From: an uncultured Synergistaceae bacterium
GTDB taxonomy: Bacteria; Synergistota; Synergistia; Synergistales; Synergistaceae
Reading direction: 5' to 3'
NCBI GenBank assembly: GCA_964422205.1
Contig: CAYRAI010000004.1
Location: 8,417 to 72,416, forward strand
Length of the DNA: 64,000 nucleotides
Shown here: piece by piece, positions 47,597 through 57,149 of the stretch
Layout: every line of letters begins with the position of its first letter
How positions within the stretch are numbered: the first letter of the stretch is position 1
The notes under the pieces: generated by a model
Told to the model about the DNA's origin: nothing
Database searches by the model: none
The model's input: only the letters and a program-made list of their open reading frames with translations
Position numbers and translations under genes: made by a program

Positions 47597-48604
47597 ATGA
47601 CAGAAACGAAGGATTTATACGCAGTTGACGGATGTGTGTTTACGGAAGGTAATTTTATAGGCCTATCTGACAGGTTTAAAAATTCTTACCTGACAGCATT
47701 CTTTTTGACGACACCCGGCGAGACGGAAGGCTACAGAGAGTGCACTTCTAAAATCGGAGGACTCTACAACAGCGCTGATGCTCCCGGCAGCGATGTGCTG
47801 ATAGCACGCACGACAGCTGACATAGAAAGAGCAAAAAGAGAGAACAAAAAGGCTATAATCATAACATTCCAGGACCCTCAGTGTGTCGAAAATTCTATAG
47901 ACAAGCTCAGAGTTATGTATGAGCTGGGGCTTCGCGTCATGCAGATGACATACAACAAGTCAAACTACATAGGCACAGGCTGCACGGAGACAGTTGACGG
48001 AGGACTAACTGATTTTGGCAGAGAGGCTCTGGCAAAGATGAATGAATGGGGCATAGTCGCCGATGTTTCGCACTGCGGACATAAGACTACAATGGATGTT
48101 CTCAAAGCGAGCAAAAAACCTATTGTCATATCTCATTCATGCCCTCTGGCACTGACAAAGAACCTCCGCAACAAGACAGACGAAGAGCTTCTGCTGCTTA
48201 AAGAAAATAACGGTGTTATAGGTCTTTCTTCATGGGGGCCGCTCTGCTGGCGCAACAATATAGAAAAAGGACGTCCCTCGCTTGCCGACTACGTAGACCA
48301 CATTGATTATGTCGTAAACCTGATAGGAATAGACCACGTAGGATTCGGAAGCGACAGTACCCCCGATGATACAAAAGACGAGAAGGGCGTTGTAACTCAG
48401 TCTACTCTCTACGGGGGAGTGGTAGCGGACTACAACAAGTATGTAGGAACAAACCCAGACGAACGCTATGCTATACATGCGGACGGCCCATGGGATTTGG
48501 AATATATATTCGACGAAATGCGTAAAAGAGGATACTCCGAAGAAGACATCAGAAAGTACGCCGGCGGCAACTTCATGAGAGTTTTTAAAGATAACTGGAA
48601 ATAA
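47597..48604 (+). CDS. Peptidase M19 (renal/membrane dipeptidase)-like protein
   Basis: VADVSHCGHKT and PIVISHSCP segments match the M19 core; the N-terminal HxD appears absent (VDGCVF). Confidence 0.75.
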   Translation: MTETKDLYAVDGCVFTEGNFIGLSDRFKNSYLTAFFLTTPGETEGYRECTSKIGGLYNSADAPGSDVLIARTTADIERAKRENKKAIIITFQDPQCVENSIDKLRVMYELGLRVMQMTYNKSNYIGTGCTETVDGGLTDFGREALAKMNEWGIVADVSHCGHKTTMDVLKASKKPIVISHSCPLALTKNLRNKTDEELLLLKENNGVIGLSSWGPLCWRNNIEKGRPSLADYVDHIDYVVNLIGIDHVGFGSDSTPDDTKDEKGVVTQSTLYGGVVADYNKYVGTNPDERYAIHADGPWDLEYIFDEMRKRGYSEEDIRKYAGGNFMRVFKDNWK

Positions 48605-48688
48605 AACACAGATTTATAAACAGCAGCACAAATAATAAACTGCCGTAGTTCTAAAACAGTGCGACAGCAAACAAAGGGAGGATTTACA

Positions 48689-50269
48689 ATGAACAAAAAG
48701 GTGATAGGTATTTTAGTATGTCTTGTATTGGCAGTAGGAATCTATTTTGCTGCGGGCAAGACAGAAAAGCAGGAATCGTCGTCAGCAGAGTATAAAGATA
48801 CTATTGTTTTTGCAGCTAATACAGACATTCTTACCCATGACCCGCAGGTACAGAACGATACCACCTCGGAACAGGTAGTAAGGATGATCTACAATACCCT
48901 TCTTAAGTTTGAGGATGACGGGAAAGTCGTAGGAGACCTTGCAGAGTCTTGGGGTGTCTCGGAAGACGGACTGACTTGGACAATTAAACTCAAACAGGGA
49001 GTCAAATTCCACAACGGCAAAGAAGTCACGGCTGCCGACGCAAAAGCAACTTATGAAAGAGCCTTGAATGCCAAAGGCGGAGGCTTTCGGACGACAGAAA
49101 TCATAAAGATTTTCAAAAAGATGGAAGCTCCCGACAAGTATACCCTAAAAATCACCACATCCGTTCCGTACGGTCCGATGGAAGCACTTCTATGTAACCT
49201 CTCTCTTGCTGTCATGGATGCAGAAGTTCTGACAAAGCACGGACTCGAGCTTGGCAACCACGTTGAAGCGGAAAACGGCACAGGCCCATATAAGCTAGTC
49301 TCTTGGACAAAGGGAGACGAAGTCAAGCTGGAGAGATTCGATGATTACTTCGGCGGCAAGGCCCCTACGGCGAATATAATAGTCAAAGCCATTCCCGAGG
49401 CGGCATCAAGAGTCATCGCTCTTGAAAACGGAGAGGTTGACGTTATAGGCGGAATCAGCGCAAATGACCTGACAACTCTCGAATCTAACAAAAATATAAA
49501 AGTTCTTAAGAGGCCTACAATAAGCCAGAGACTTTTCCGCTTTGGCTGCAACGACCCCATAATTGCCAAAACAAAGGTCAGGCAGGCAATAGTACATGCT
49601 ATTGACAGACAGGCAATCATCGATTCAATGTTTGCCGGAACAGTTTATCCGTCAACAGCCCCTCTTGCTCCCGTTACATGGGGATACACAAATCTCGGAG
49701 AAATAAAACCCGACATTGAAAAAGCAAAGGCTCTTCTCAAAGAAGCGGGATATCCCAACGGATTTGAAACGAAGATTGTAACCTGCGAAAGATACTCAAA
49801 AGGTGTCCAGATGGCTGAAGTTCTTGCGGCACAGCTCGCCAAAGTCGGTATAAAAGCAAAGATCGAGGTCTGGGAGTGGAGTGCTCTTTCTGCAAGCTGG
49901 AGCGGTGTCAAGAGAGAAGATTTTGATCAGCCGATTTTTGTAATGGGCTCAGGCCCCTCGATGAGAGATGCCGACGGAGGCCTCAGAGGTCTTTACACTA
50001 CTACCGAAACAGGTGTAAACGACAGCAATTACGGCTTCTACTCAAATAAAAAAGCCGACGAACTTATAAACGCCGGCATGAGCGAGACCAACAAAGAAAA
50101 GAGAGCGAAGCTCTATGCCGATGCACAGAAGATACTCTATCTCGACGACCCGGCAGCTTTTTGGCTCTTTGACATGTACGGAATGTGCGCAATGTCCGAT
50201 AAAGTCGAAGGTGTAACATTAAGCCCCATAAATAATATAACCTTTGAAAAAGCTGTCATCAAGAAGTAA
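48689..50269 (+). CDS. ABC transporter substrate-binding protein, family 5 (peptide/nickel, DppA/OppA-like)
   Basis: Signal/anchor MNKKVIGILVCLVLAVGIYF; SBP_bac_5 pattern; AGGGAGG SD before ATG 48689. Confidence 0.9.
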   Translation: MNKKVIGILVCLVLAVGIYFAAGKTEKQESSSAEYKDTIVFAANTDILTHDPQVQNDTTSEQVVRMIYNTLLKFEDDGKVVGDLAESWGVSEDGLTWTIKLKQGVKFHNGKEVTAADAKATYERALNAKGGGFRTTEIIKIFKKMEAPDKYTLKITTSVPYGPMEALLCNLSLAVMDAEVLTKHGLELGNHVEAENGTGPYKLVSWTKGDEVKLERFDDYFGGKAPTANIIVKAIPEAASRVIALENGEVDVIGGISANDLTTLESNKNIKVLKRPTISQRLFRFGCNDPIIAKTKVRQAIVHAIDRQAIIDSMFAGTVYPSTAPLAPVTWGYTNLGEIKPDIEKAKALLKEAGYPNGFETKIVTCERYSKGVQMAEVLAAQLAKVGIKAKIEVWEWSALSASWSGVKREDFDQPIFVMGSGPSMRDADGGLRGLYTTTETGVNDSNYGFYSNKKADELINAGMSETNKEKRAKLYADAQKILYLDDPAAFWLFDMYGMCAMSDKVEGVTLSPINNITFEKAVIKK

Positions 50270-50391
50270 AGCTCTGCGCGGTACAAATATAATTATTGCC
50301 GGACCGTCTTACGCGGCGGTCCGGCTTCTCCAAGAACTGAGCTATGTCTGCCGAGCCGCTGAGTTCTTACGAAAGGGGTATTAATACATAA

Positions 50392-51312
50392 ATGCTTGCT
50401 TACTCCATAAAACGAATTTTGCAAATAATACCGGTGCTGATTGTAATATCACTGCTGGTTTTTCTTATGATGCACATGATTCCCGGAGACCCTGTGAAAA
50501 ACATGCTCGGAATGGAAGCATCGAAAGAGGCTATTGAGGCTGAAAGAGAGCGTCTCGGACTCAATGATCCTCTCCCCGTGCAGTACTTTAATTTTATGAA
50601 GGGCGTAGCCGCGGGAGACCTGGGCAAATCAATATTTACGAAAAAATCCGTAACAGGCGAGATAATGGATAGATTTCCTCAGACTGCGAAGCTTGCTCTC
50701 GGAGGCACACTATTCGCAGCCATAGCCGGAGTGATAATGGGGATTATCTGCGCTGTAAAAAGAGGAACATTTACCGACAGTTCCCTTGTAGTCCTATCTC
50801 TCACAGCAGTATCCACACCGTCATTCTTCTTGGCTCTTCTGATGATGCTCTTCTTCTCCCTCTACCTGGGATGGCTGCCAAGCATGGGGCTTAGGACACC
50901 TCTGCACTATGTCCTTCCGGTCGTAACTCTCGGCATGCAGTCTGTGGGGCTTATCGCCCGCACAACCCGCTCCGCTATGTTGGATGTGTTAAATCAGGAT
51001 TACATAAGAACCTCCAAAGCACGCGGAATTCCCAACAGCATAATTATTTACTCCCATGCCCTGAAGAACGCGATGATTCCCGTCATTACAGTAGTTGGGC
51101 TCCGTTTTGGAGGACTGCTCGCAGGCTCTACTCTGGTAGAGACAGTATTTTCAATTTCGGGGATAGGACGCTACCTTGTCGAGGGAGTTTTAAAAAGAGA
51201 CTTCCCCGCAGTTCAGGGAACTGTTTTAGTCCTTGCGGCCGTGTTTGTTATAGTCAATACTGTGGTTGATCTGCTCTATGCTGCGGTAGACCCAAGGATA
51301 AAGTACGAGTAG
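50392..51312 (+). CDS. ABC peptide transporter permease (DppB-like)
   Basis: 306 aa; BPD_transp_1 with the N-terminal OppB-type helix. Confidence 0.9.
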   Translation: MLAYSIKRILQIIPVLIVISLLVFLMMHMIPGDPVKNMLGMEASKEAIEAERERLGLNDPLPVQYFNFMKGVAAGDLGKSIFTKKSVTGEIMDRFPQTAKLALGGTLFAAIAGVIMGIICAVKRGTFTDSSLVVLSLTAVSTPSFFLALLMMLFFSLYLGWLPSMGLRTPLHYVLPVVTLGMQSVGLIARTTRSAMLDVLNQDYIRTSKARGIPNSIIIYSHALKNAMIPVITVVGLRFGGLLAGSTLVETVFSISGIGRYLVEGVLKRDFPAVQGTVLVLAAVFVIVNTVVDLLYAAVDPRIKYE

Positions 51313-51323
51313 GAGGTGCGGCC

Positions 51324-52160
51324 ATGGACTCACAGGTTTTTAAAAGATTTGTAAAAAATAAGGCGACGATAATAGGAAGCGCTGTCCTGCTGGTCTTTCT
51401 TACTATGGCTGTATTGGGCTCCGCCCTTTGCACCTATGACCCAAACGCGATTGACTTGGCAAATGTCTATCAGCACCCCAGCGTGAAGCACCTGCTTGGC
51501 ACGGATAACCTCGGCAGAGATACTCTGGCGCGCCTCGTAATAGGAGCGAGAATATCTCTTTTGGTAAGTTTTGTAGGAACTATAGCAGGTTCTATTATAG
51601 GAGTATTTCTCGGAGTTGGCGCGGGATATTTCGGAGGCAGGCTGGACTCTGTGATATCGCGCTTTGTCGACCTGCTGCTGGCTTTCCCCGGACTGCTTCT
51701 GGCAATTGTTGTCGTAGCTGTGCTCGGCAACGGCATAGTAAACACCATGGCGGCCATTGCATTTTACTCCATACCTTACATCGCAAGAATGGTTCGAGGA
51801 ATTGTGCTGACGTTAAAAAATTCCGAATATGTTCAGGCGTGCCAAGTTATGGGGGCCTCCGACACAAGAATTATAATGACTCACATAATTCCCAATGCTA
51901 TGTCACAGATAATAATAAACACAACCCTCAACCTCGGGACCGCTATTCTGACGGCATCGTCCCTCTCGTTCCTGGGACTGGGAGTCACTCCGCCTCATCC
52001 CGAGTGGGGAGCCATGCTCAGTCAAGGACGCGAGGTAATCCGATACTATCCGCTTGCCGCTATTATTCCCGGCGTGGCCATAACATTGGTTGTAATGAGC
52101 TTCAGCATCGTCGGAGACGGTCTTCGTGATGCACTAGACCCGCGTCTGAAGAATAAATAG
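51324..52160 (+). CDS. ABC peptide transporter permease (DppC-like)
   Basis: 278 aa; six TM helices, EAA-like loop. Confidence 0.9.
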   Translation: MDSQVFKRFVKNKATIIGSAVLLVFLTMAVLGSALCTYDPNAIDLANVYQHPSVKHLLGTDNLGRDTLARLVIGARISLLVSFVGTIAGSIIGVFLGVGAGYFGGRLDSVISRFVDLLLAFPGLLLAIVVVAVLGNGIVNTMAAIAFYSIPYIARMVRGIVLTLKNSEYVQACQVMGASDTRIIMTHIIPNAMSQIIINTTLNLGTAILTASSLSFLGLGVTPPHPEWGAMLSQGREVIRYYPLAAIIPGVAITLVVMSFSIVGDGLRDALDPRLKNK

Positions 52161-52183
52161 CCGACGATAGGAGATGGATTGCC

Positions 52184-53176
52184 ATGGCAGAGAATATACT
52201 TAGAGTAGAACATCTTGAGACAAAATTTAATACCGATGAGGGCGTAATATCAGCTGTTGACGATATGAACTTTACTCTGAAAGAGGGAGAAACCTTGGCT
52301 ATAGTCGGAGAATCCGGCTGCGGCAAGACAGTTACCTCTCTTTCCGTACTCAGGCTTATTCCATATCCCCCGGGAAGAATAACAGGGGGGCACATTTACT
52401 ACAAGGATAAAGATTTGCTTGGTATGACTGAAAAAGAAATGAGAGATATTCGCGGCAATGAGATATCTATGATTTTCCAGGAGCCAATGACATCTCTTAA
52501 CCCGGTATTTACAGTGGGACAGCAGATAATGGAGTCACTGACCTACCACCAGGAAATGAACAAAGACGAGGCGCGCAAGAGAGCTATTGAGATGATAAAA
52601 CTCGTAGGCATTCCTTCTCCCGAAAAATGCGTCGATTATTATCCTCACCAGCTCAGCGGCGGCATGAGACAGAGAATAATGATAGCTATGGCTCTTGCCT
52701 GTAAGCCCAAGATTCTTATAGCCGATGAACCGACTACAGCTCTTGACGTTACGGTTCAGGCTCAAATTCTGCGGCTTATGGTCGAACTTAAGGAAAAGAC
52801 AGGTACATCCATAATTCTCATTACTCATGACCTCGGAATAGTCGCCCAAACAGCGGACAAAGTAATTGTAATGTATGCAGGAGAGGCTGTAGAGTCTTCC
52901 GATGTAAAGCCGATATTCAAAGATCCTTTGCATCCCTATACAATCGGACTTCTGCGCTCACTTCCGAAGATAAATGAGGAACAGAAAGTTCTTTACAATA
53001 TCGTAGGCTCTGTCCCTAGCCCAAAGAACTACCCGACAGGCTGCAGATTCTCACCGAGATGCGAAAAAGCGTGCGAAAAATGCAAGACAGAAAAACCTCC
53101 GTTTTATGAGCTCGCATCTGGAAGAAAAGTTCGGTGCTGGCTGTACTCTGAAGAGGGAGGCATCAAAAATGACTGA
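52184..53176 (+). CDS. ABC peptide transporter ATP-binding protein (DppD-like)
   Basis: Walker A GESGCGKT, signature LSGGMRQR, oligopeptide C-terminal Cys motif. Confidence 0.9.
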   Translation: MAENILRVEHLETKFNTDEGVISAVDDMNFTLKEGETLAIVGESGCGKTVTSLSVLRLIPYPPGRITGGHIYYKDKDLLGMTEKEMRDIRGNEISMIFQEPMTSLNPVFTVGQQIMESLTYHQEMNKDEARKRAIEMIKLVGIPSPEKCVDYYPHQLSGGMRQRIMIAMALACKPKILIADEPTTALDVTVQAQILRLMVELKEKTGTSIILITHDLGIVAQTADKVIVMYAGEAVESSDVKPIFKDPLHPYTIGLLRSLPKINEEQKVLYNIVGSVPSPKNYPTGCRFSPRCEKACEKCKTEKPPFYELASGRKVRCWLYSEEGGIKND

Positions 53177-54152
53177 TACAATATTGGATGTACGAAATCT
53201 GAAAATCTACTATCCCGTAAAGATCAAAAACGGATTGCTTGCTTCGGAAAAAAAATATGTTAAGGCTGTTGACGGCATAAGCTTCTCTGTGGCACACGGA
53301 GAAACCTTCGGCATAGTCGGTGAAAGCGGCTGCGGTAAGTCCACTACAGGCAAAGCCATAGTCAAACTTCTCACTCCCACCGAAGGCGAAATATTTTTTG
53401 AAGGCAAGGACCTTTTTAAACTGCCTAAAAATGAACAGAAAGACTACAAAAAGAAAATACAGATAATCTTTCAAGATCCCTACTCGTCGCTCGACCCGCG
53501 CTTTACAGTCGAGAGGCTAATAGGAGAGCCGCTGCTTGTCCACGGCATGACAGACAAAAAAGAGAGAAGAGAAAAGATACTAAGCCTTATGGAGGACGTC
53601 GGCATAAGGTCCGAGTACCTTACCCGCTACCCCCATGAATTCAGCGGAGGTCAGAGACAGCGACTCGGGGTTGCCCGTGCTCTGGCACTAAATCCTTCTC
53701 TCATCGTATGCGATGAGCCTGTATCTGCCCTTGACGTATCAATACAGGCTCAGATACTAAACCTTATGAACAGCCTTCAGGAAAAATACAAGCTCACATA
53801 CATATTTATCTCCCACAACTTGAGCGTCGTAAAACACGTGTGCGACAGAATAGCTGTTATGTATTTGGGAAATATAGTAGAGCTTGCGGATAAAAATTCT
53901 CTCTACTCTAATCCTATGCACCCATACACAAACGCGCTGCTTGCTGCCATACCCGTTCCCGATCCGGAGGCCATCTCTCTCAACGAGCCGCTGCAGGGAG
54001 ACGTTCCAAGCCCCTTGAACCCGCCTGCAGGCTGCTGCTTCCATACAAGGTGCAAATTTGCCGTTGATAAGTGCAGAAATGCAAAACCCGAACTTAAAGA
54101 TGTAGGCTGCGGTCACAAAGTGGCATGCCACAGAACAGGAGAAATAATATGA
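53169..54152 (+). CDS. ABC peptide transporter ATP-binding protein (DppF-like)
   Basis: Walker A GESGCGKST, signature FSGGQRQR; ATG 53169 overlaps the end of the upstream gene. Confidence 0.9.
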   Translation: MTDTILDVRNLKIYYPVKIKNGLLASEKKYVKAVDGISFSVAHGETFGIVGESGCGKSTTGKAIVKLLTPTEGEIFFEGKDLFKLPKNEQKDYKKKIQIIFQDPYSSLDPRFTVERLIGEPLLVHGMTDKKERREKILSLMEDVGIRSEYLTRYPHEFSGGQRQRLGVARALALNPSLIVCDEPVSALDVSIQAQILNLMNSLQEKYKLTYIFISHNLSVVKHVCDRIAVMYLGNIVELADKNSLYSNPMHPYTNALLAAIPVPDPEAISLNEPLQGDVPSPLNPPAGCCFHTRCKFAVDKCRNAKPELKDVGCGHKVACHRTGEII

Positions 54153-55321
54153 GAAAATCACCTATGCTGACATTTTCTATAGAAGAATATGAGACAAGAA
54201 TCGGCAAATTGCTGAAAGAGATGAATAATTCAGGATTGGATGCCGTCATACTGACAAGCGATGAAAACACTTTTTACTTTTCCGGCTTCAGAAGCATAGT
54301 ATGGTGCAGCAAAGTCTCAACACCTGCGACATTGGTAGTAACAAAGGACGGCCATATCTCCCTTATAACTTCTCAGGGAGGTGCCCACACAGCGGCTTAC
54401 ACCTCATGTGTTAAAGATATAAGAACATACGGGGATAAAAGTTACCCATCATACACAGACGCAATAGTATCTCCTCTCGAAGAAAGAGGCCTTGCCAAGG
54501 GTAAAATAGGCTTTGAATTCGGAGAGGGGCATAAAATTCACTTAAATTACACAGCTATGACCTCTCTGTTTGAAAAACTCGCAGGAGCCGAGAAAAAAGA
54601 TGCGGCAAAAGCACTTTGGAATGTCCGTTCCGTCAAGTCCTCCGCCGAAATAGAAATCATAAGAAAAGCCTGTTCAATAAACGAGACATGCATAATGAAA
54701 GGTTTCAGTAAACTCCGCGAAGGCATGACTGAGATGGATCTTTACGCCGTGATAATGTCCGAATATATGCTTATGGGATCGGACAGCGCACTGCCTCTCG
54801 GATTACGGGCAGGAAGCGAGAGATACTCTCAGGGCAATTGCCCTCCATCTCACCGCCCTATAATGAAGGGTGACATAATACTTGTAGACGGAGGTCCTAT
54901 ATACAAAGGATACTACTCCGACATTATAAGAGAAGCGGTAATAGGAGCTCCCACAGCTCATCAACAGGATGTCTTTGATGTTGCAAGAGAAGCCTGCTAT
55001 AAGGGAATAGAAACGGTAAAACCTGGCATTCCCGTCTCCGAGGTCTGCAAGGCGGTTGATAAGTTCTTGGACGAAAGCAAATACGCTCCGCTTAATGTCT
55101 ACAAAAACTGGTGCGGCCACAGCATCGGAGTCGGGGTTCACGAGTACCCAATGCTTGACACAAAGACAGACGAAATACTCGTGCCTGGGATGGTATTTTC
55201 CATAGAGCCCTACATATACGAAGAAAATGTGGGAAGTCTGGGAGTTGAAGAAAATATATTAGTCACAGAAACAGGCTGTGAAGTGCTGACTCCATCAGAC
55301 AGCAGACTTCTCATCCTTTAA
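54149..55321 (+). CDS. M24-family Xaa-Pro peptidase / creatinase-like hydrolase
   Basis: Creatinase-like N-terminal domain plus the M24 pita-bread core (DGGPIYKGYYSD...HSIGVGVHE...EPYIY...EENILVT); ATGA overlap with the dppF-like stop. Confidence 0.85.
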   Translation: MRKSPMLTFSIEEYETRIGKLLKEMNNSGLDAVILTSDENTFYFSGFRSIVWCSKVSTPATLVVTKDGHISLITSQGGAHTAAYTSCVKDIRTYGDKSYPSYTDAIVSPLEERGLAKGKIGFEFGEGHKIHLNYTAMTSLFEKLAGAEKKDAAKALWNVRSVKSSAEIEIIRKACSINETCIMKGFSKLREGMTEMDLYAVIMSEYMLMGSDSALPLGLRAGSERYSQGNCPPSHRPIMKGDIILVDGGPIYKGYYSDIIREAVIGAPTAHQQDVFDVAREACYKGIETVKPGIPVSEVCKAVDKFLDESKYAPLNVYKNWCGHSIGVGVHEYPMLDTKTDEILVPGMVFSIEPYIYEENVGSLGVEENILVTETGCEVLTPSDSRLLIL

Positions 55322-55330
55322 AATCAAGAA

Positions 55331-55360
55331 GCCGCCGTGCTGTTTAGCATGGCGGTTTCT
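55331..55360 (+). terminator. Terminator of the peptide locus
   Basis: CCGCCGTGC-TGTTTA-GCATGGCGG followed by TTTCT. Confidence 0.65.
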
Positions 55361-55467
55361 CTATGCCAATCCGGTCAGATGTAAATTTTTAGGAAATATT
55401 CTCCTAATATTAAAAACTTTAAGATATTAAGCAGTATACTCTAAAAAGATAGCTATATTGTAAAATT

Positions 55468-55779
55468 TTATTTAATACTCTCTATGTGCTTTTTTATAAA
55501 ATCTTCCACTTCTTCCTCCGGTATTTGCAGAGCTTGGGCCAGTTCTTTGTGCAGAAGCTTTTTTGTTCTCTCTGTGTATTCTGATTCTATGTCACTATAA
55601 GCTTTACTGTTATGATCTTTCTGTATGTAAGCTGACTTTATGGCCTTTATCCATATAAGCGGGTCTTTGCTCTGCGCAGCTTTCTTGCAGAAATCAAGCC
55701 TCATTCTGCTGCTTAACGCGTTTATTGTTGTCACGTAAGGTATCCTTTCAATAAGCTCTATTGCCGCTTCTCTTGTCAT
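55468..55779 (-). CDS. Hypothetical 103-aa acidic/helical protein (no family recognised)
   Basis: ATG 55779 preceded by GGGGAGGAG; own promoter-like element upstream; no recognisable motif. Confidence 0.5.
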   Translation of the reverse strand: MTREAAIELIERIPYVTTINALSSRMRLDFCKKAAQSKDPLIWIKAIKSAYIQKDHNSKAYSDIESEYTERTKKLLHKELAQALQIPEEEVEDFIKKHIESIK

Positions 55780-55814
55780 AATGCTGACTCCTCCCCAAGT
55801 TTCTATAATAAAAA

Positions 55815-55896
55815 CGTGCAGCCTTAACAACCGGACTTACGCTGTTAAGGCTACACGTTGTATATATATTATATCAAAGGTAAAAAAATCTTTCAA
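55815..55896 (-). promoter_or_regulatory. Extended -10 promoter followed at once by a hairpin/U-tract, upstream of the orphan gene
   Basis: Minus strand: TTGAAA (55896-55891), 17 nt, TGaTATAAT (55876-55868). Then a 14-bp stem with one mismatch (55857-55843 / 55829-55815) followed by UUUUUAUUAU. Confidence 0.4.
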
Positions 55897-55939
55897 AGTC
55901 AACAAAGACAAATATATGTTACATGGCTGCAATTAGGCA

Positions 55940-55971
55940 CAAAAAAGGGAAGCCGAAGCTTCCCGATTTTT
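55940..55971 (-). terminator. rplL terminator
   Basis: GGGAAGC-CGAA-GCTTCCC with flanking A/T runs, 22 nt downstream of the rplL stop. Confidence 0.8.
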
Positions 55972-55992
55972 GCAATTTTAAGGATGAGGAGA

Positions 55993-56370
55993 TTACTTCA
56001 GCTCGACTACTGCTCCGGCTTCTTCGATCTTCTTCTTCATCTCTTCGGCTTCGTCCTTTGATATGCCTTCCTTTACTGTCTTGGGGGCTCCATCAACGAG
56101 TTCCTTTGCTTCTTTGAGGCCGAGGCCTGTGATCTCGCGGACTACTTTGATGACTGCGATTTTGTTTGCGCCGTTCTCTTTGAGAACTACGTCAAACTCT
56201 GTCTTCTCTTCTTCTGCTGCGGGTGCTGCTGCGCCGGCTGCGGGAGCTGCCATCATCATTGCGGGTGCTGCTGCTGATACGCCGAACTTCTCTTCGAGTT
56301 CCTTTACGAGCTCTGAAAGCTCAAGTACAGACATTTCTTCAATAGCTTTGATAAGATCTTCACGTGTCAT
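55993..56370 (-). CDS. rplL: 50S ribosomal protein L7/L12
   Basis: [31 protein letters not shown]...Ala-rich hinge...[28 protein letters not shown] lies 9 nt before ATG 56370 (the alternative ATG 56379 abuts the SD). Confidence 0.95.
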   Translation of the reverse strand: MTREDLIKAIEEMSVLELSELVKELEEKFGVSAAAPAMMMAAPAAGAAAPAAEEEKTEFDVVLKENGANKIAVIKVVREITGLGLKEAKELVDGAPKTVKEGISKDEAEEMKKKIEEAGAVVELK

Positions 56371-56442
56371 ATTATTCATCCTCCTAAGGATTGTTTGTAA
56401 TTTTTTTGTTTTATCTATGCGGCTTTTACGCCGCTGTCGGTG

Positions 56443-56970
56443 CTATGCTGCGTCTTTCTTGTCCTTGATCTGTCCAAGGCATGTAACAAGTCCTCTTGCT
56501 GGGCCGGAAAGAACAGTAACAAGTCCGCGGAGCGGGCCTGCGATTGTTCCGACAACCTGAGCCAGAAGCTGTTCTCTTGAGGGAAGGTCCGCGAGTGCGA
56601 ATACCTGCTCCTTTGTGAGAAGCTTGCCTCCGAGGATTGCACCTTTGACTACAAGAGCTTCGTTGCCCTTCTCCTTGGAGAAGTCACGAATAGCCTTTGC
56701 AACAGCCGCTGCGTCTCCGTATGAGAGGACATAGCCGTTGGGGCCAAAGTCGAAGTCAGGGGCCTGAATCATTCCGCATTCGGAAAGGGCTATGCGCATG
56801 AGAGTGTTTTTGCAAACCTTCATTTCGCCGCCTGCCTGGCGGATGTTTTTGCGGCACACACTGATCTTCTTAACTGTGAGACCGCGGTATTCTGTGATGA
56901 ATACTGCATCGCTCTTTTTGAGAAGTTCAACAAGGGAGTCGATAGTTTCACGTTTTGCTTGTGTCGGCAT
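56443..56970 (-). CDS. rplJ: 50S ribosomal protein L10
   Basis: 175 aa; typical L10 sequence and position upstream of rplL. Confidence 0.95.
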   Translation of the reverse strand: MPTQAKRETIDSLVELLKKSDAVFITEYRGLTVKKISVCRKNIRQAGGEMKVCKNTLMRIALSECGMIQAPDFDFGPNGYVLSYGDAAAVAKAIRDFSKEKGNEALVVKGAILGGKLLTKEQVFALADLPSREQLLAQVVGTIAGPLRGLVTVLSGPARGLVTCLGQIKDKKDAA

Positions 56971-57149
56971 CTTTTAATTTCACCTCCTGCGGTTATAATT
57001 AGCGGATGCCATAAAAAATGACCTCCGTCGCCCAAGGGAGTCCGGAAGTCATAAAACGTGTCGTATTAAGTGTGCACGATTATTCTTCGCGAGACCTCGG
57101 CAGGAAATTAAGCAAGAATGCACCTGCTGTCTTGAGTCTTAGCCAAAAG
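56971..57149 (-). promoter_or_regulatory. rplJ 5' leader with terminator-type hairpin (L10-leader-like autoregulatory element, candidate)
   Basis: About 180-nt leader. Minus strand AUGACUUCCG...CGGAGGUCAU (plus 57043-57052 / 57017-57026) followed by UUUUUU, just upstream of the RBS. Confidence 0.5.
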
